Assembly (NCBI RefSeq): GCF_036365525.1
Contig: NC_090385.1
Location: 63,653,618 to 63,717,617 of the forward strand
From: Heterodontus francisci
Taxonomy: Eukaryota
Direction of reading: 5' to 3'
DNA length: 64,000 nt
The notes below the pieces were generated by a model. The model ran no database searches. It saw only the letters and a list, made by a program, of their open reading frames with translations, and was not told the origin of the DNA. Made by a program: the position numbers and the translations under genes. Of the stretch, positions 9,390 through 22,380 are shown piece after piece (positions within the stretch are counted from its first letter, which is position 1; the number at the start of each line of letters is the position of its first letter).

Positions 9390-12189
9390 AAACTGTGCCC
9401 CCTAGTTATAGATTCCCCCAAGAGGGGAAACAACCTCTCAGCATCTACCCTGGCAAGCCCCCTCAGAATTTTATACGTTTCAATAAGATCACCTCTGAAT
9501 CTTCAAAACTCCAATGAGTATAGTCTTAACCTTTCCTCATAAGACAAACCCCTCATCCCAGGAATCAGCCTAGTGAACCTTCTCTCAGCCGGCTTCCTGT
9601 GCCAGTATATCCCCCCTTAAATAAGGTGACAAAACTGTACACAGTACTGTAGGTGTGGTCTCACCAACATTCCATACAGTTGTAGCAAGTCTTCCCCTTT
9701 ACAATAAAGGCCAACATTCCATTTGCCTTCCTAATTACTTGCTGTACCTGCATGCTGATTTCTGGTGATTCATGTACAAGGACACCCAGGTCCCTCTGTA
9801 CTGCAGCATTCTGCAGTCTCTCTCCAGTTAAATAATCTGCTTTTCTATTCTTCCTGACAAAATGGACAACCTCACATTTTCCCACATTATACTCGATCTG
9901 CCAAATTTTTGTCCATATACTCAACCTATCTATATCCCTTTGCAGACTTTTTGTGTCCTCCTCACAACTTGCTTTCCTCCTATCTTCATATTGTCAGAAA
10001 ATTTGGCTACAATATCCAAGTCATTAATATAGATCGTAAATAATTGAGGCCCCAGCACAGATCCCTGTGGTACTCCACTAGTTACAGTCTGCCATTCTGA
10101 AACTGACCCATTTATTCCAGCTCTCTATTTTCTGTTAGTTAGCCAGTCCTCTATCCATACAAATATGTCACCCCTAACACCATGAGCTCTTCTGTAGTAA
10201 CCTTTTATGTGGCACCTTATTGAATGCCTTTTAGAAATCCAAATACAGTACATCTCCTGCTTCCCCTTTATCCACCCTGCTTGTTACATCTTCAAAAACT
10301 AATAAATTTGTCAAACATTATTTCCCTTTCACAAAACTGTGTTGACTGTGCCTGATTGTATTGTGATTTTCTAGATATTCTGCTACTACCTTTTTAATAA
10401 TAGATTCTAGCATTTTCCCAATGACAGATGGCCTATAGTTTCCTTCTTTCTGTTGCCCTCCTTTCTTAAACAGAGGTATTACATTTGCAGTTTTCCAATC
10501 CGGTGGGACCTTTCCAGAATCTAGGGAATTTTGGAATAGACAACCAATGCATCCATTATCTCTGCAATCAATTCCTTTAAGAACCTCGGATGCAGGCCAT
10601 CAGCTGTAGAGGACTTTGTCAGCCCATTAGTATTGCCATTACTTTTTTTCTAATGATGGTGATTGTTTTAAGTTCCTCCCTTCCTTTTTCCTCCTGATTT
10701 TCTACTATTCTTGGGATGCGTTTTGTGTGTTCTACTATGAAGATGGATTCAAAATACTTGTTCAAAGCCTCTGCCATTTCCTCGTTTCCCATTATTAATT
10801 CCCCAGTCTTGTCCTCTGAGGGACTAATGCTCACTTCAGCTACTCTTTTCCTTTTTATATAATTGTAGAAGATTTTACTATCTGTTTTTATATTTATTAC
10901 TAGTTTTCTATCATACTCCAATTTATCACTCTTTGTTTTTTTAAGTCATTGTTTGCTGATTTCTAAAATGTTCCCATTCTTCTGGCCTACTACTAATCTT
11001 CACTGCATTGTGTGCCTTTTCTTTCAATTTGATACCGTCCTTAACTTCCTTAGTTAGCCACAGATGGTGCATCCTTCTGATAAAGTCTCTTCCTTAGTGG
11101 AATATATCTTTGTTGAGAGTTATGAAATAGCTCCTTAAATATCTGCCACTGCTTTATTGCCGTCTTACCTTTTAACCTATTTCCCAGCCCACTTTAGCCA
11201 ACCCTGTTTTCATACCCTTGTAATTGCTTTTATTTAAGTTTAAGACACGAGTGATGGACCTACATTTCTCACCCTCAAACTGAATGTCAAATTCTGTCAT
11301 GTTATGATCACTCTTGCCTAGAGGATCCTTTCCTTTGAGGTTTTTAATTAATCCTGTCTTATTACACATTACCAGGTCCAAAATAGCCTGGTCCCTGGTA
11401 GGTTCTACAACGTATTGTAAGAAAAAAAAGATACACACTATGAACTTATCCTCAAGGCTAGCTTTGCCAATATGATTTGTCCAATTGATGTGAAGATTAA
11501 AATTATCCACGATTATTACTGTACCTTTTTTGCAAGCTGCTATTATTTCTTTATGTATGCTCTGTCCTACTTTGTAGCTACTGTTAGAGGCCTATAAACT
11601 ATTCCCAACAGTAACTTCTTAACTTTGCTTTTTCTTATCTCCACCCAAACTGATTCTACGTCTTGATCTTCTGAACCAAGATCGTTTCTCACTATGGTAC
11701 TTATCTCATCCTTTATTAACAGAGCTACCCCACCTCCTTTTCCTTTCCTCCTGTCCTTCTGAAATGTCAGATACCCTTGAATATTCAGGTCCCAGCCTTG
11801 GTCACCTTGCAACACTGTCCATCATATCATACTCATTCATTTCTATTTGTGCAATTAATTCATCCATCTTGTTATACATGCTGCAAGCATTCAGATAAAA
11901 AGCCTGTAATTCTGTCATCTTACCATTTGTTTTCTACTCTAACTTTAGTTGCTGGTACACTCTTATGTTTGTATGCTCTGTCCCTCCCTGTCACACTCTG
12001 GTTCTCAACGCATATCATTACCTTGCACTGTTTCTTTGTTCTTTCTCTTTAACTTTCCAAATCTCCCCTCAGGTGAACCCTTCCCCTCCACTATTTAGTT
12101 TAAAGCATTCTCTATTACCCGAGTTATATGAATCCCCAGGACAGATGCCAGTGCCCCATGAATCTCCCACACCAATCTTTGAGCCACAC
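9390..12189 (-). mobile_element. Decayed CR1 LINE (ORF2 and end of ORF1), split by a Gypsy insertion
   Basis: ORFs 11567-11815 and 11172-11510 (APE), 10619-10921 (AEALNKYF), 9661-9924 (WQIEYNVGKCEVVHF...RDLGV). Confidence 0.85.
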
Positions 12190-12829
12190 TGTTACCATCA
12201 GTTGAGGAGGGGTCAAAGGGCTCCCCTCTTTTTCCTCTCCTTGTTTGACCACATCAGATTTATTTCTTTTTTCAGTGGATATACTTGCCAATTCAGTGAG
12301 TGTTTATTTGTTTATGCACCGTGATCATAAAAAGAGCCAATTGGACAGATTTTCTTGAGTTCAACCAAAGAAAGAGGTTAACTTTATTGTACTCAAACTG
12401 ATCTAAGTAAAAATAATAAAGTATGTTCCAACTTTCACACACCAATAGATTACAGAGTGGGGAAGGATAGTTTGGTCGAATTAGAGTCCAGAGAAATAAA
12501 AGGGGTATACAGTCTGAGGAGGTTGGTGACTTGGCTGGCTTCAGGCTGAATTCAGTGGTCATGTGACTTTCCTTTGGTCCAGAGGCTTCCGGTTTGAAGA
12601 GGTGGGGGACTGATTCCCTGGGAGACAGCAATGTGACTGAATTCCTTCAGGAGATCTCGGTCTGTTCTTTCCAGAAAGTACTCTACTCTCTAGCTCCCCC
12701 ATCGGGCTAAGTCATGAAGCACAGCGAGCATGGATTGGTGAACAGACTAACACAATCAAACACAGACCAATTAGACCACTGAACACGACAGACTGCAGCA
12801 GGGAATATGCCTCGGTGCTCACAGTAACA
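12190..12829 (-). repeat. 3' LTR of Gmr1-like element
   Basis: TGTTAC...GTAACA termini; colinear with 19287-19995. Confidence 0.85.
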
Positions 12830-13639
12830 GAGCACAAAGCTTTTAAGGTTTGAGTGGTTTGTCTCCACCAGTTTAATATTCAGGTTTCCAGCCGATGGAT
12901 TAAAATAAAATCATCATTGGACTTAGGACATTTTCAAGACACTTCTACACCATGCGAAATGAAATGCAATGACGGGAGCATTTCATTAGAAGTTGTAAAA
13001 TAAAAAAAAGGGACTGTACACACACATTCATCCTCGAACACTCACTTATCAATCTCACACTGTCATAGCTATGCTCTGGTATAGTTTTCATCCAGGATGA
13101 TTCTGTGCTGAGTTAGACTCTGGATAAAGTTCAGCTATCACATTGTTTTTCGCTGCAACGTGAGTAATCTTTAGATGCTAAGGTTGCAAAAGCAAGCTCC
13201 ATTGGACTAGCCTGGCATTCTGAGTTTTGAATTTCTCCACAAATGTCAAAGGATTGTGGTCAGCATAAGCTACTTTTCGGATATATACTTCGAAGTGCTT
13301 GAGAGCCAGTTACAGTCCAAGAGTTTCCTTCTCTACAGTAGAGTATCTTCTTTGATGTTTGCTTAATTTCTTGGAAAAATACTCAACTGGTCCTTCAGTG
13401 CCTACCTAACTCATGATCTTGGAGCAGAACAGCACCTACCCCTAGGTCAGGAGCATCAACTGCCACTTTAAATGGTTTTTGGAACTGCTAGCATCGGCTC
13501 GTTGATTAAGATGGCTTTCAGCCTCTCGAAAGCTGTTTGGCACTTCCTTGACCACACTACTTTCACACTATTCTGTAATAAGTCTGTGGAGTGGCTTTAA
13601 TGCTGAAGTTTGGGACAAACTTGTGGTAAAACCCACACA

Positions 13640-13996
13640 GGGCGGCACAGTGGCGCAGTGGTTAGCACTGCAGCCTCACAGCTCCAGGGACCCGGGTTCG
13701 ATTCTGGGCACTGCCTGTGTGGAGTTTGCAAGTTCTCCCTGTGTCTGCGTGGGTTTTCTCCGGGTGCTGCGGTTTCCTCCCACAAGCCAAAAGACTTGCA
13801 GGTTGGTAGGTAAATTGGCCATTATAAATTGTCACTAGTATAGGTAGGTGGTAGGGAAATATAGGGACAGATGGGGATGTTTGGTAGGAATATGGGATTA
13901 GTGTAGGATTAGTATAAATGGGTGGTTGATGTTCGGCACAGACTCGGTGGGCCGAAGGGCCTGTTTCAGTGCTGTATCTTCTAAAAAAAAAAAAAA
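13640..13996 (+). mobile_element. tRNA-derived V-SINE (HE1-like), inserted in the Gypsy RT
   Basis: A box tggcgcagtgg, B box ggttcgattc, V-domain gtgtggagtttgca...gtttcctcccaca, CR1-like tail ggccgaagggcctgtt, A-rich end. Confidence 0.85.
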
Positions 13997-15564
13997 TCCC
14001 CAAAAATTGCATTATTTCCTGTTTGGTTGTGGGGATGGGAAAATTCATCAACACCTGTGCCTTCGCTGCTCTGGGCAGCACTTGCCCTTGACCCACAACA
14101 TGCCTTAGGTAGGTTACCTGAACTTTAGCAAACTCGCTCTTTGCGAGATTTAACACTAGGTCAGCTGACTGTAACCTTCGGAAGAGGACTTCCAACTGGT
14201 CTAGGTGGTCCCCCCACACTGTACACTAACAGATCATCCAGGTACACTACACAGTTGGGCAGGCCAGCCACTACCTGGTTCATCAGCCTTTGGAAGGTGG
14301 CTGGGGCATTTCTTAATCTAAATGACATCACCTGGCACTGGAATAAGCTGTCTGGGGTGACAAAAGCTGAGATTTCTTTAGCTCGGGTGGTTAAGGGAAC
14401 CTGCCAGTATCATTTTAACAAGTCGATTCTGGTTATGTAGGTGGTGTTTCCTACTCAATCGATACAGTCTTCCAGGCGGGGCATTGGTATGAGTCGGCTC
14501 TAGTCACTGCATTAACTTTCCGGTAATCATTGCAGAGTCTTGTTGAGACATCGGACTTGGATGCGAGCACAACTGGTGAACTTCAGCTGTTCAGACTGGC
14601 TCTTAGCTTGTGCTCCAGTGTATACTGAATTTTTTCCTGCATCAGTTTCCTCGGACCTAGGAGATGGGGATTTTGGTTAATGGGAGGGGTCTCTCCTACA
14701 TCCACATGGTGCAGGGCTTGGGTTGTGCACCCTGGTTAGTTCCTGTGGATCTCTTTAAACGCTGTGAGCAGCCTTGTTAGGTCTCCTCTCTGTTCTGCGT
14801 TTAGATAGGTGAGTATGGTGTCTAATCTCCCTAACATTTCGATGTTAGCTAACCGGATGGTAGGGAGTTCAATTTGGGAATCCTCCAAGCCTCCCTCTAT
14901 CTCTTCTTCATTGTCCCTTTCACCCTCCTCTTTCCTGACTGCCTAACAGACCTGTGCTTGTCTGTCCCTTTCCCAACAGTGTTGCTGCTTTAACATATTG
15001 ATGTGGCACAACATTTGCTTTTCCTCCTGTCTGGGGTGTCAATTAAGTAATTCACCTCACTAATCGTCTTTACTGCACCTGTCCGGCCACTGAACCGGGC
15101 TTTCAGTGGTTGACCCTGTATTGGTAGTAGCACTAACACATGGTCTCCGCGCTGAAATGTTCTGGCTTGGCATATTTATCTGTCTGCTTTTTCATTGCTG
15201 TTTGGGAGGCTTTTTGGTCTTCCTGAGCCACCGCATAGGCCCTTGTGAGCTGCCCACAGAACATGAAAATGTAGTCTAACATGGAAGGTTCGTCCCTGTG
15301 TCCCAAAAACCTCTCCTTGATTAGTTTAAGCAGACCTCTCACCTTGGGTCCAGAAACTAATTCCAAGGGATTAAAGCCAGTGGACCCTTTGAGTGAGTCC
15401 CTGGTAGCAAACAGAAGAAATTCCAACCCTTTGACCTAGTCATGGGGCGGGTACTCAAAGCAGTATGCCCTGATCATTGTCTTTAAGGTCTCGTGGTGCA
15501 GTTCCAGAGTCTTTTGTGACTGTGGGCGGTAGGCTGAGGACTTTAGCTGGGTTATGCCCAGCTA

Positions 15565-16630
15565 AACCTTGCCCGTCTAAGAGCGAAGTCCAAAGTACGG
15601 AAAGTCCTCATCAGAGAACTCCTCTTTGCTGACGATGCTGCTTTAACATCTCACACTGAAGAGTGCCTGCAGAGTCTCATCGACAGGTTTGCGTCTGCCT
15701 GCAATGAATTTGGCCTAACCATCAGCCTCAAGAAAACGAACATCATGGGGCAGGACGTCAAAAATGCTCCATCCATCAATATTGGCGACCACGCTCTGGA
15801 AGTGGTTCAAGAGTTCACCTACCTAGGCTCTACTATCACCAGTAACCTGTCTCTAGATGCAGAAATCAACAAGCACATGGGTAAGGCTTCCACTGCTATG
15901 TCCAGACTGGCCAAGAGATTGTGGGAAAATGGCGCACTGACACGGAACACAAAAGTCCGAGTGTATCAGGCCTGTGTCCTCAGTACCTTGCTCTATGGCA
16001 GCGAGGCCTGGACAACGTATGCCAGCCAAGAGCGACGTCTCAATTCATTCCATCTTCGCTGCCTTCGGAGAATACTTGGCATCAGGTGGCAGGACTATAT
16101 CTCCAACACAGAAGTCCTTGAAGCGGCCAACACCCCCAGCTTATACACACTACTGAGTCAGCGGCGCTTGAGATGGCTTGGCCATGTGAGCCGCATGGAA
16201 GATGGCAGGATCCCCAAAGACACATTGTACAGCGAGCTCGCCACTGGTATCAGACCCACCGGCCGTCCATGTCTCCGCTATAAAGACGTCTGCAAACGCG
16301 ACATGAAATCGTGTGACATTGATCACGAGTCGTGGGAGTCAATTGCCAGCATTCGCCAGAGCTGGCGGGCAGCCATAAAGACAGGGCTAAATTGTGGCGA
16401 GTCGAAGAGACTTAGTAGTTGGCAGGAAAAAAGACAGATAGCAAGGGGAGAGCCAACTGTGCAACAGCCCCGACAAACAAATTTCTCTGCAGCACCTGTA
16501 GAAGAGCCTGTCACTCCAGAATTGGCCTTTATAGCCACTCCAGGCGCTGCTACACAAACCACTGACCACCTCCAGGCGCATATCCATTGTCTCTCGAGAT
16601 AAGGAGGCCCAAAAGAAAAAAGAAAGAAAG
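15565..16630 (+). mobile_element. Young RTE LINE, 5'-truncated copy 1, inserted in the Gypsy integrase
   Basis: LLFADD RT segment and ORF 15745-16602; near-identical to the 26521 and 52551 copies; (aaag)n tail. Confidence 0.92.
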
Positions 16631-17899
16631 ACCCATGACCTTTTGAAACATACTGGACATAACATTTGTGACCTGATCTGACTGGATCTCAGCAGGCAGC
16701 CCATAATAGGTGAAAAATTGGGTTAGCCCCTCCACCACTACCTTGGCAGAGATAGTTTTTAGGAGTTCTTAGGGGAATGGCCTCTGAAATCAGGTAGCCA
16801 TATCCATAATGGTGAGAAGATACTGGTAGCCCCCTGTTTTCGGCAGGGGCCTCACACAATCCATCAGCACTCTGCTGAATGGCTCTCCCACCATTGGGAA
16901 TTGGGGGTGCAGGTTTTATTGCAGTTTGGGGCTTCCCACAACCTGGTATGTGTGGCAGGTTTTACAGAACTCCACCACATCCTTGTGAAGTTTGGCCAGT
17001 AAAAATGCTGTCTTATGCGGGATTAGATTTTTTGGATACCAATATGTCCAGCCATTGGAATTGCATGCGCTATCCTCAATATTTCCCTATGGTACCTTGG
17101 CGGCACCACTATATGGTGGATCACTATCCACTCTTCATCCTCACGTCTGTGAGGAGGTCTCCAATTCCTCATCACCTCATTCTTTAAATAGTAGTACTCT
17201 GGAACTCCCTCTGCTTCAGCTTTCATTTGGGCAGTCTGTGCTAACCTTTTTAACTCTGGGTCAGCTTGCTGAGCCTCAACCAAGGAAGACCTGCTTAACA
17301 CTTCCTTTGGGTCCTCTAAATTCCCAAAGGAGGTTTCAGATAACCAAACAGCTGTGTCATCTGTCTGCAGTGCCAGTTCATCCTCCTCTGACAGAGCTTG
17401 TTTGACCATGGACCAGGTCATTACACAGTCTGGGAAATGCCTGGGACCTTCTCCTATACCTGTTCTGACTCCCTGACCTCATTCTTCTTCTCCAAGACCC
17501 CTGGGGACACTACCACCTTGGCCCCCGCCAGTCCATTATCAAGGAGCAGGTCGACCCTGTCCACAGGCAAACTGAGGGCAATCCCCACAGTTAGCGATCC
17601 TGAAATAAGATCGCACTCCAAGTGCAGCTGGTACAAAAGTATGGGCCCCCGATATCATTCACTGCACTGTCTGGAGGAAAGGTCATCTCTTTTCCCAGCA
17701 GAAGGGATTAGGTGGCCTCTGTCTCCCTAAGTATGATTATGGGCTTACTTGCCTCACTCAAGGGATATGGGGTCACTTTTCCTTTAGACACAAAATCCTG
17801 GTAACTCTCAGGGATTTTGTTATGTTTTCCCGTACTGTTAGCGGTACATTTACAGGGACTTACTGCCACAGTTAAAGCCACAGCCTGGTCTGCCGTGCT

Positions 17900-19145
17900 T
17901 TTCATCAGGGCCTCTTCTCCTGCACTGGTCTGGTGTACCCTGACTAATCCTATAGGTTTTCCCTGTAACTTGCAGCAGTTAGCTTGAAGGTGACCTGCCG
18001 TGTTACAATGGAAACATACAGACTTTTGGGCATCATTTCAGTTCTTGGCACCTTCCACTTTTGGCCTGAGGAGGGCCCCCTGTGTTTTCAGCTTTCCTTT
18101 CTTGCCCATTGCTGTTCATCCTGCTATCACCCTCCCACCTTCTATCCTTTTCAGGTTTGTGGAGGTAAATAGGGAAGGATTTTCCTTGGGGCAAGGGTTT
18201 GTGAACAAGCTCATAATCATTAGCCAGGGTTGCTGACTGCCTGGGTCTTGGAACCTCTTGTTCCTCCACATGGGTTTTATGGAAAGGAGAAGCAAATTTT
18301 TGAGATTTTCGAGGATCTTCTCTCTCAGGTTTTCATAGGTAGGCTCTATCTTAAGCGCCCGTATCCATCAGTCGAAAGCAAGTTGCTTAATCCTTTCAGA
18401 CTCAATGTAAGTTTGTTCAGAACTCCGAAGATTTTGGAATTTTTGGCGGCATGCCTCTGGTACCAGCTCATATGCACTCAGGATAGCATTTTTGGTTGTT
18501 TCATAATTTGATGAACTTTCGTCGGACAATAGGGAATAAACCTCATGGGCTTTTCCTGTTAATTTGCTTTGCAGTGGCATGGTCCAGCTCTCCGCTGGCC
18601 ACTTCAGCTGTTCTGCTAACTTTTCGTATGAGATGATAAATGCTTCCACATTCCCCTCATCGAACTTTGGTATTAATTGGGCGATCTTTAAGAGCTTAGC
18701 ACTCCGTCCTAAGCTCGGGGTAGTTCCCTCACTAGCGGTGCCTTCACTGGATACATTGGGTCTTTCCCTACTCAGTTCGAGCTGCCTTAGCTCTCTTTGC
18801 TGCTTCTCTTTCTGGAAAGCTCTTTCTTTCTCCCTTTCCTGGAATTCTCTCTCCTTCCTTTCTTGGAATTCCAGCTCTTGACTCCACTATTCCAGCTGTA
18901 TCTTGGGTATTGCAAGCCTGTCTGTGTAGATTCTATGCTTGTCTCCGGTTTTTCAGTTTCAATTTCAAAATAGTTGACCAAACGTTTTAGGATTTCGGGT
19001 TTCCTAGCTTTTGGACGAATATTTATCTCTAAATGCCTACTCCTCAAAGCTAAATACTCCTCAACTCTTCAACGGCGAGGGCTTTTAAACTGTCCCAAGT
19101 ACCTTCACTCAGTACTAGGAAGGTACTGGTCTTGAATGTGGACAT
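17900..19145 (-). pseudogene. gag with SCAN-like capsid region and CCHC zinc knuckle
   Basis: WPAESW...LTGKAHEVY...YETTKNAILSAYELVPEACRQKFQNLR; CFHCNTAGHLQANC at 17975-18016. Confidence 0.8.
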
Positions 19146-19262
19146 TTTTGTACTCTAGCACTGAACCATAAGAAAACCCATATTGAAGTTTTTTTTTTAA
19201 AGATTATTGTTAGGGATCAATTTGGTTTCCTGCTTCCAATTTCTCATTTGTCTTTGGGTTTG

Positions 19263-19280
19263 ATCCCAGAAGAGCCCCCA
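19263..19280 (-). promoter_or_regulatory. Primer binding site, tRNA-Pro type
   Basis: Minus strand TGGGGGCTCTTCTGGGAT, 6 nt after the 5' LTR; 16/18 match to the canonical Pro PBS TGGGGGCTCGTCCGGGAT. Confidence 0.8.
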
Positions 19281-19286
19281 AATTTC

Positions 19287-19995
19287 TGTTACAATCAGGT
19301 GAGGAGGGGTCAAAGGGCTCCCCTCTTTTCCCTCTCCTCGTTTGATCGCAACAGATTTATTTCTTTTCTCAGTGGATATACTTGCCAATTCAGTGAGTAT
19401 TTACTGATTTACGCGCCGTGATCATAAAAAGAGCCAATAGGACATGTTTTCTTGAGTTTAATCAAAGAAAGAGGTTAATTTTATTGTACTTAAACTGATC
19501 TAAGTACAAATAATAAAATACGCTCCAACTTTCACACACAGACACAGACACACACACACACACAGAGGTTACAAAGTGGGGAAGGATAGTTTGGTTGAAT
19601 TAGAGTCCAGAGAAATAAAAGGGCTACACAGTCTGTGGAGGTTCTTGACTTGGCTGGCTTCAGGCTGAATTCGGTAGTTGTGCGACTTTCCTTTGGTCCT
19701 GAGGCTTCTGGTTTGAAGATGTGAACGCTGATTCAGTGGTTCTTTGGCTACTGGTTTGAAGAGGTGGACTCTGATTCAGTGGTTCTCTGGTTGACAGCAA
19801 TGTGACTGAATTCCTTCAGGGAGATTTCTGTCTTTTCAGAAAGTTCTCTACTCTCTAGCTCCCATTCAGGGTCAAGTCATTAAGTACAGTGCACATTAAT
19901 TGGTGAACAGACCGACACAATCAAACATTGATCAATTAGACCACTGAACATTGCAGTCTGCAGCAGGGAATATGCTTCAGTGCTCATGGTCAGCA
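19287..19995 (-). repeat. 5' LTR of Gmr1-like element
   Basis: Direct repeat of 12190-12829 (tgttacaatcaggtgaggaggggtcaaagggctcccctc...); outer boundary approximate. Confidence 0.8.
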
Positions 19996-19999
19996 GACA

Positions 20000-20540
20000 G
20001 AGTTCCTATGCCAATTTGCTCATGGCTGAGGTGGTAATCCAGAGATTATTACTGTTGTGGTTCTGCTTTTTAATTTAGCCCCTAGGTGCTCATATTCCCT
20101 CAGCAGAACCTCTTTCTTAGTCCTGCTTATGTCGTTGGTACCCACATGGACTACAACAACTGGATCCTTCCCTTCTCACTCCAAGTTCCTCTCCAGCCTT
20201 GAGGAGATGACCTTAACCCTGGCACCGGGCAGGCAACACAGTTTTCGGGCTTCACACGCTCGGCTGCAGAGAACCATATCTATCCCCCAAGCTAGACTGT
20301 CATCTACTACAACTACATTCCTTTTAAGTTCCCCTACTTGAATGGCTGTCTGCACCACAGTGCAGTGGTCAGTTTGCCCATCCTTCCTATCGTCCCTGCT
20401 GTCATCCACACAAGCTACATTGAATCTGTTGAACAGTTGCAAGGGCTGAGGCTTCTCTATTGCTACCTACTGGATCCCCATACCTGCTTCAGTTGTTGAA
20501 GAGTACGATTGACAGGAGGTGACTGCTTGCTGGGTGATCA
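20000..20540 (-). mobile_element. CR1 ORF1 esterase remnant, likely the 5' half of the CR1 at 9390-12189
   Basis: NVVVVDDSLAWGID...LCCLPGARVKVISSRLE, homologous to ORF1 at 1577-2482. Confidence 0.75.
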
Positions 20541-20697
20541 TATAACTCCTTGTTAGTGTATTTGTGATTAACTGGTGTGTTGTAAACTGGTATTCCTACC
20601 AAACCTAGTAAAAACATCAGTGTTTACTTTGGGCTTTTGAATGTTGACTCATTAGTTCTCGTAATTCTCATATCAAGGGGTGAAAGGTTACATCTTA

Positions 20698-20832
20698 CAA
20701 AAGCAAAGTACTGTGGATGCTGGAAATCTAAAATAAAAACAGAAAAATGGTGGAAATACTCAGCAGATCTGGCAGCATCTGTGGAGAGAGAAATAGAGTT
20801 AACATTTCAGGTATACGAGCTTTCATCAGAAT
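20698..20832 (-). mobile_element. Penelope-like pseudo-LTR fragment with degenerate hammerhead
   Basis: Same family as 2895-3035; minus strand ctgatgaaagctcgtatacctgaaatgttaact. Confidence 0.7.
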
Positions 20833-20834
20833 CT

Positions 20835-22380
20835 CGAGATCTATGTACAAGAACATCCAGATTTCTCTCTCCACCTATTAATGCTTTTCCTTGAAGTGTA
20901 TGTATGTTGAGCATTCATTCTGTCCACATGCATAACACTGCATTTATTGAAGTTAAACATTGTTTGCCAGTCATGAGCCCAATCTCCCAACACATCAAGA
21001 TTCACCTGAAGCCGTCTGGCATCATCTGCAGTCCTAACACTTGCTTAGATCTTGGTATAATCTGCAAATTTGCAGATCGTGCTCTCAACACTTCCATTTA
21101 GATGATTAATAAAAATAGTAATCAGCAACACTGATCGCTGTGGGATGCTACTGGTGACCAGTCTCCACAGCTCCAGCTCCATCTATAGCTACTTTCTTCC
21201 AGCCAGTTCTCAATCCAGGCAATATATTACCACTACTACCAGAGACTTCTATCTTCTAAAGAAGCCTCTTATTTGGAACCTTGTCAAGCTTTTTTGAAGT
21301 CTAAGTAGATAATGTCTACTGGGCATCTTTCATCCACCGTCTTGGTGACTTCAAATCAACATATTTCTAAGACATGATCTTTTTTGAAGCATGTTGGATG
21401 TTCATAATATCCCCCTGTCTCTCCAAGTAATTATATATTTCACCCCTAATAATTCCTTCAAGCATCTTTCCTATTATTCATGTCAAACTGATGGGCCTAT
21501 ATTTTACCCAGGTCTGTCTTGTTTCCTTTTTTAAAGATGGTGACGACATTAGCCTTCTTCCACTCCACGGGAACCATCCCTGAGTGCAGTGAGCTATTAA
21601 AAGTACTGACAAAGGCTTGCATACCATGTATCCTAACTCCATGAGGACCCTCTGATGGATATCATCTGGCCAAGCTGCTCTATTCTATTTTCAGGTTCTT
21701 AATTTGATCTAAAATTATATATTCATCTAATTTTATAATAATTTTATTATTAGCATCATTATTAAATTCTAACAGTTGAGCACCTTCAAGAGTGAAGACT
21801 GATGCAAAGTACTCATTTAATATTTCTGCCATATTCTGAGTTCTTATTGACCTGTCCTTGAGCATCCTTCAGTGGCCCAATGTGACCTTTGAAAGTTCTA
21901 TAACTCTTCATGTTACTAAAAATCTTTTTCCATTACTTCCACAATTGTCTCCATCCTCTTCCTATTACCGTTTTAGCTGATACAGCAGGCTTTGTTTACT
22001 TTAACTGTTCCTTGTACTTTACTCTGTTCAGTTGAGTATTAGATGCCTTTAGTTCGTAGAACAATCTGCGTACATTTTATTTGCCTTTGTATGTGGCCAG
22101 TCAGACACCTTGCCTTTTACTTATTGTGCTCCCTTCTTTTAACTTTGGGTACATATTTGTCTTCCACATCTTTTATCTTGTCCTTAAAAGCTTTCCAATT
22201 GTACTCTGCATCAGTTCCATACCCACCCAATTGGTTAGCCAATTAACCTGTTCCAAATAGTTTGCCATTTTAGCAAAGTTTGCCCTTCTGGTACAAGTTG
22301 TAGATTTTCAGTACCTTTTGGTTTTATGGCCATTGAAACCAGGTAATGTTTTCTCATGTAACTGTCGATGCTTCATCATG
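20835..22380 (-). mobile_element. Old CR1 LINE ORF2 fragment
   Basis: AEILNEYFASVFT, ANVVTIFKKG, KFADYTK motifs on the minus strand. Confidence 0.7.

Larger units (their letters stand above)
13115..17750 (-). pseudogene. pol remnant in PR-INT-RT-RH order
   Basis: PR (ILRETEA, VDLLLDNGLAG) ~17750-17480; INT (HAIPMAGHIG, EIQSDQ, STGFNPLELV) ~17100-15130; RT (NAPATFQRLMN, VYLDD) ~14600-13550; RH (YFSKKL, RYSTVEKE, DHNPL) ~13500-13115. Confidence 0.85.
12190..19995 (-). mobile_element. Full-length decayed Gmr1-like Ty3/Gypsy LTR retrotransposon
   Basis: Direct LTRs, PBS, and gag (SCAN-like + CCHC), protease, integrase, RT (YLDD at 14233-44), RNase H in that order on the minus strand; many frameshifts and stops. 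Confidence 0.9.

Noticed and set aside
8813-9542. Cluster of overlapping GC-rich ORFs or a CpG-island promoter
   Set aside because: No protein motifs; explained by a palindromic repeat in mid-intron.
13640-13715. tRNA gene
   Set aside because: The A/B boxes belong to a SINE head followed by a V domain and LINE tail, present in four copies.
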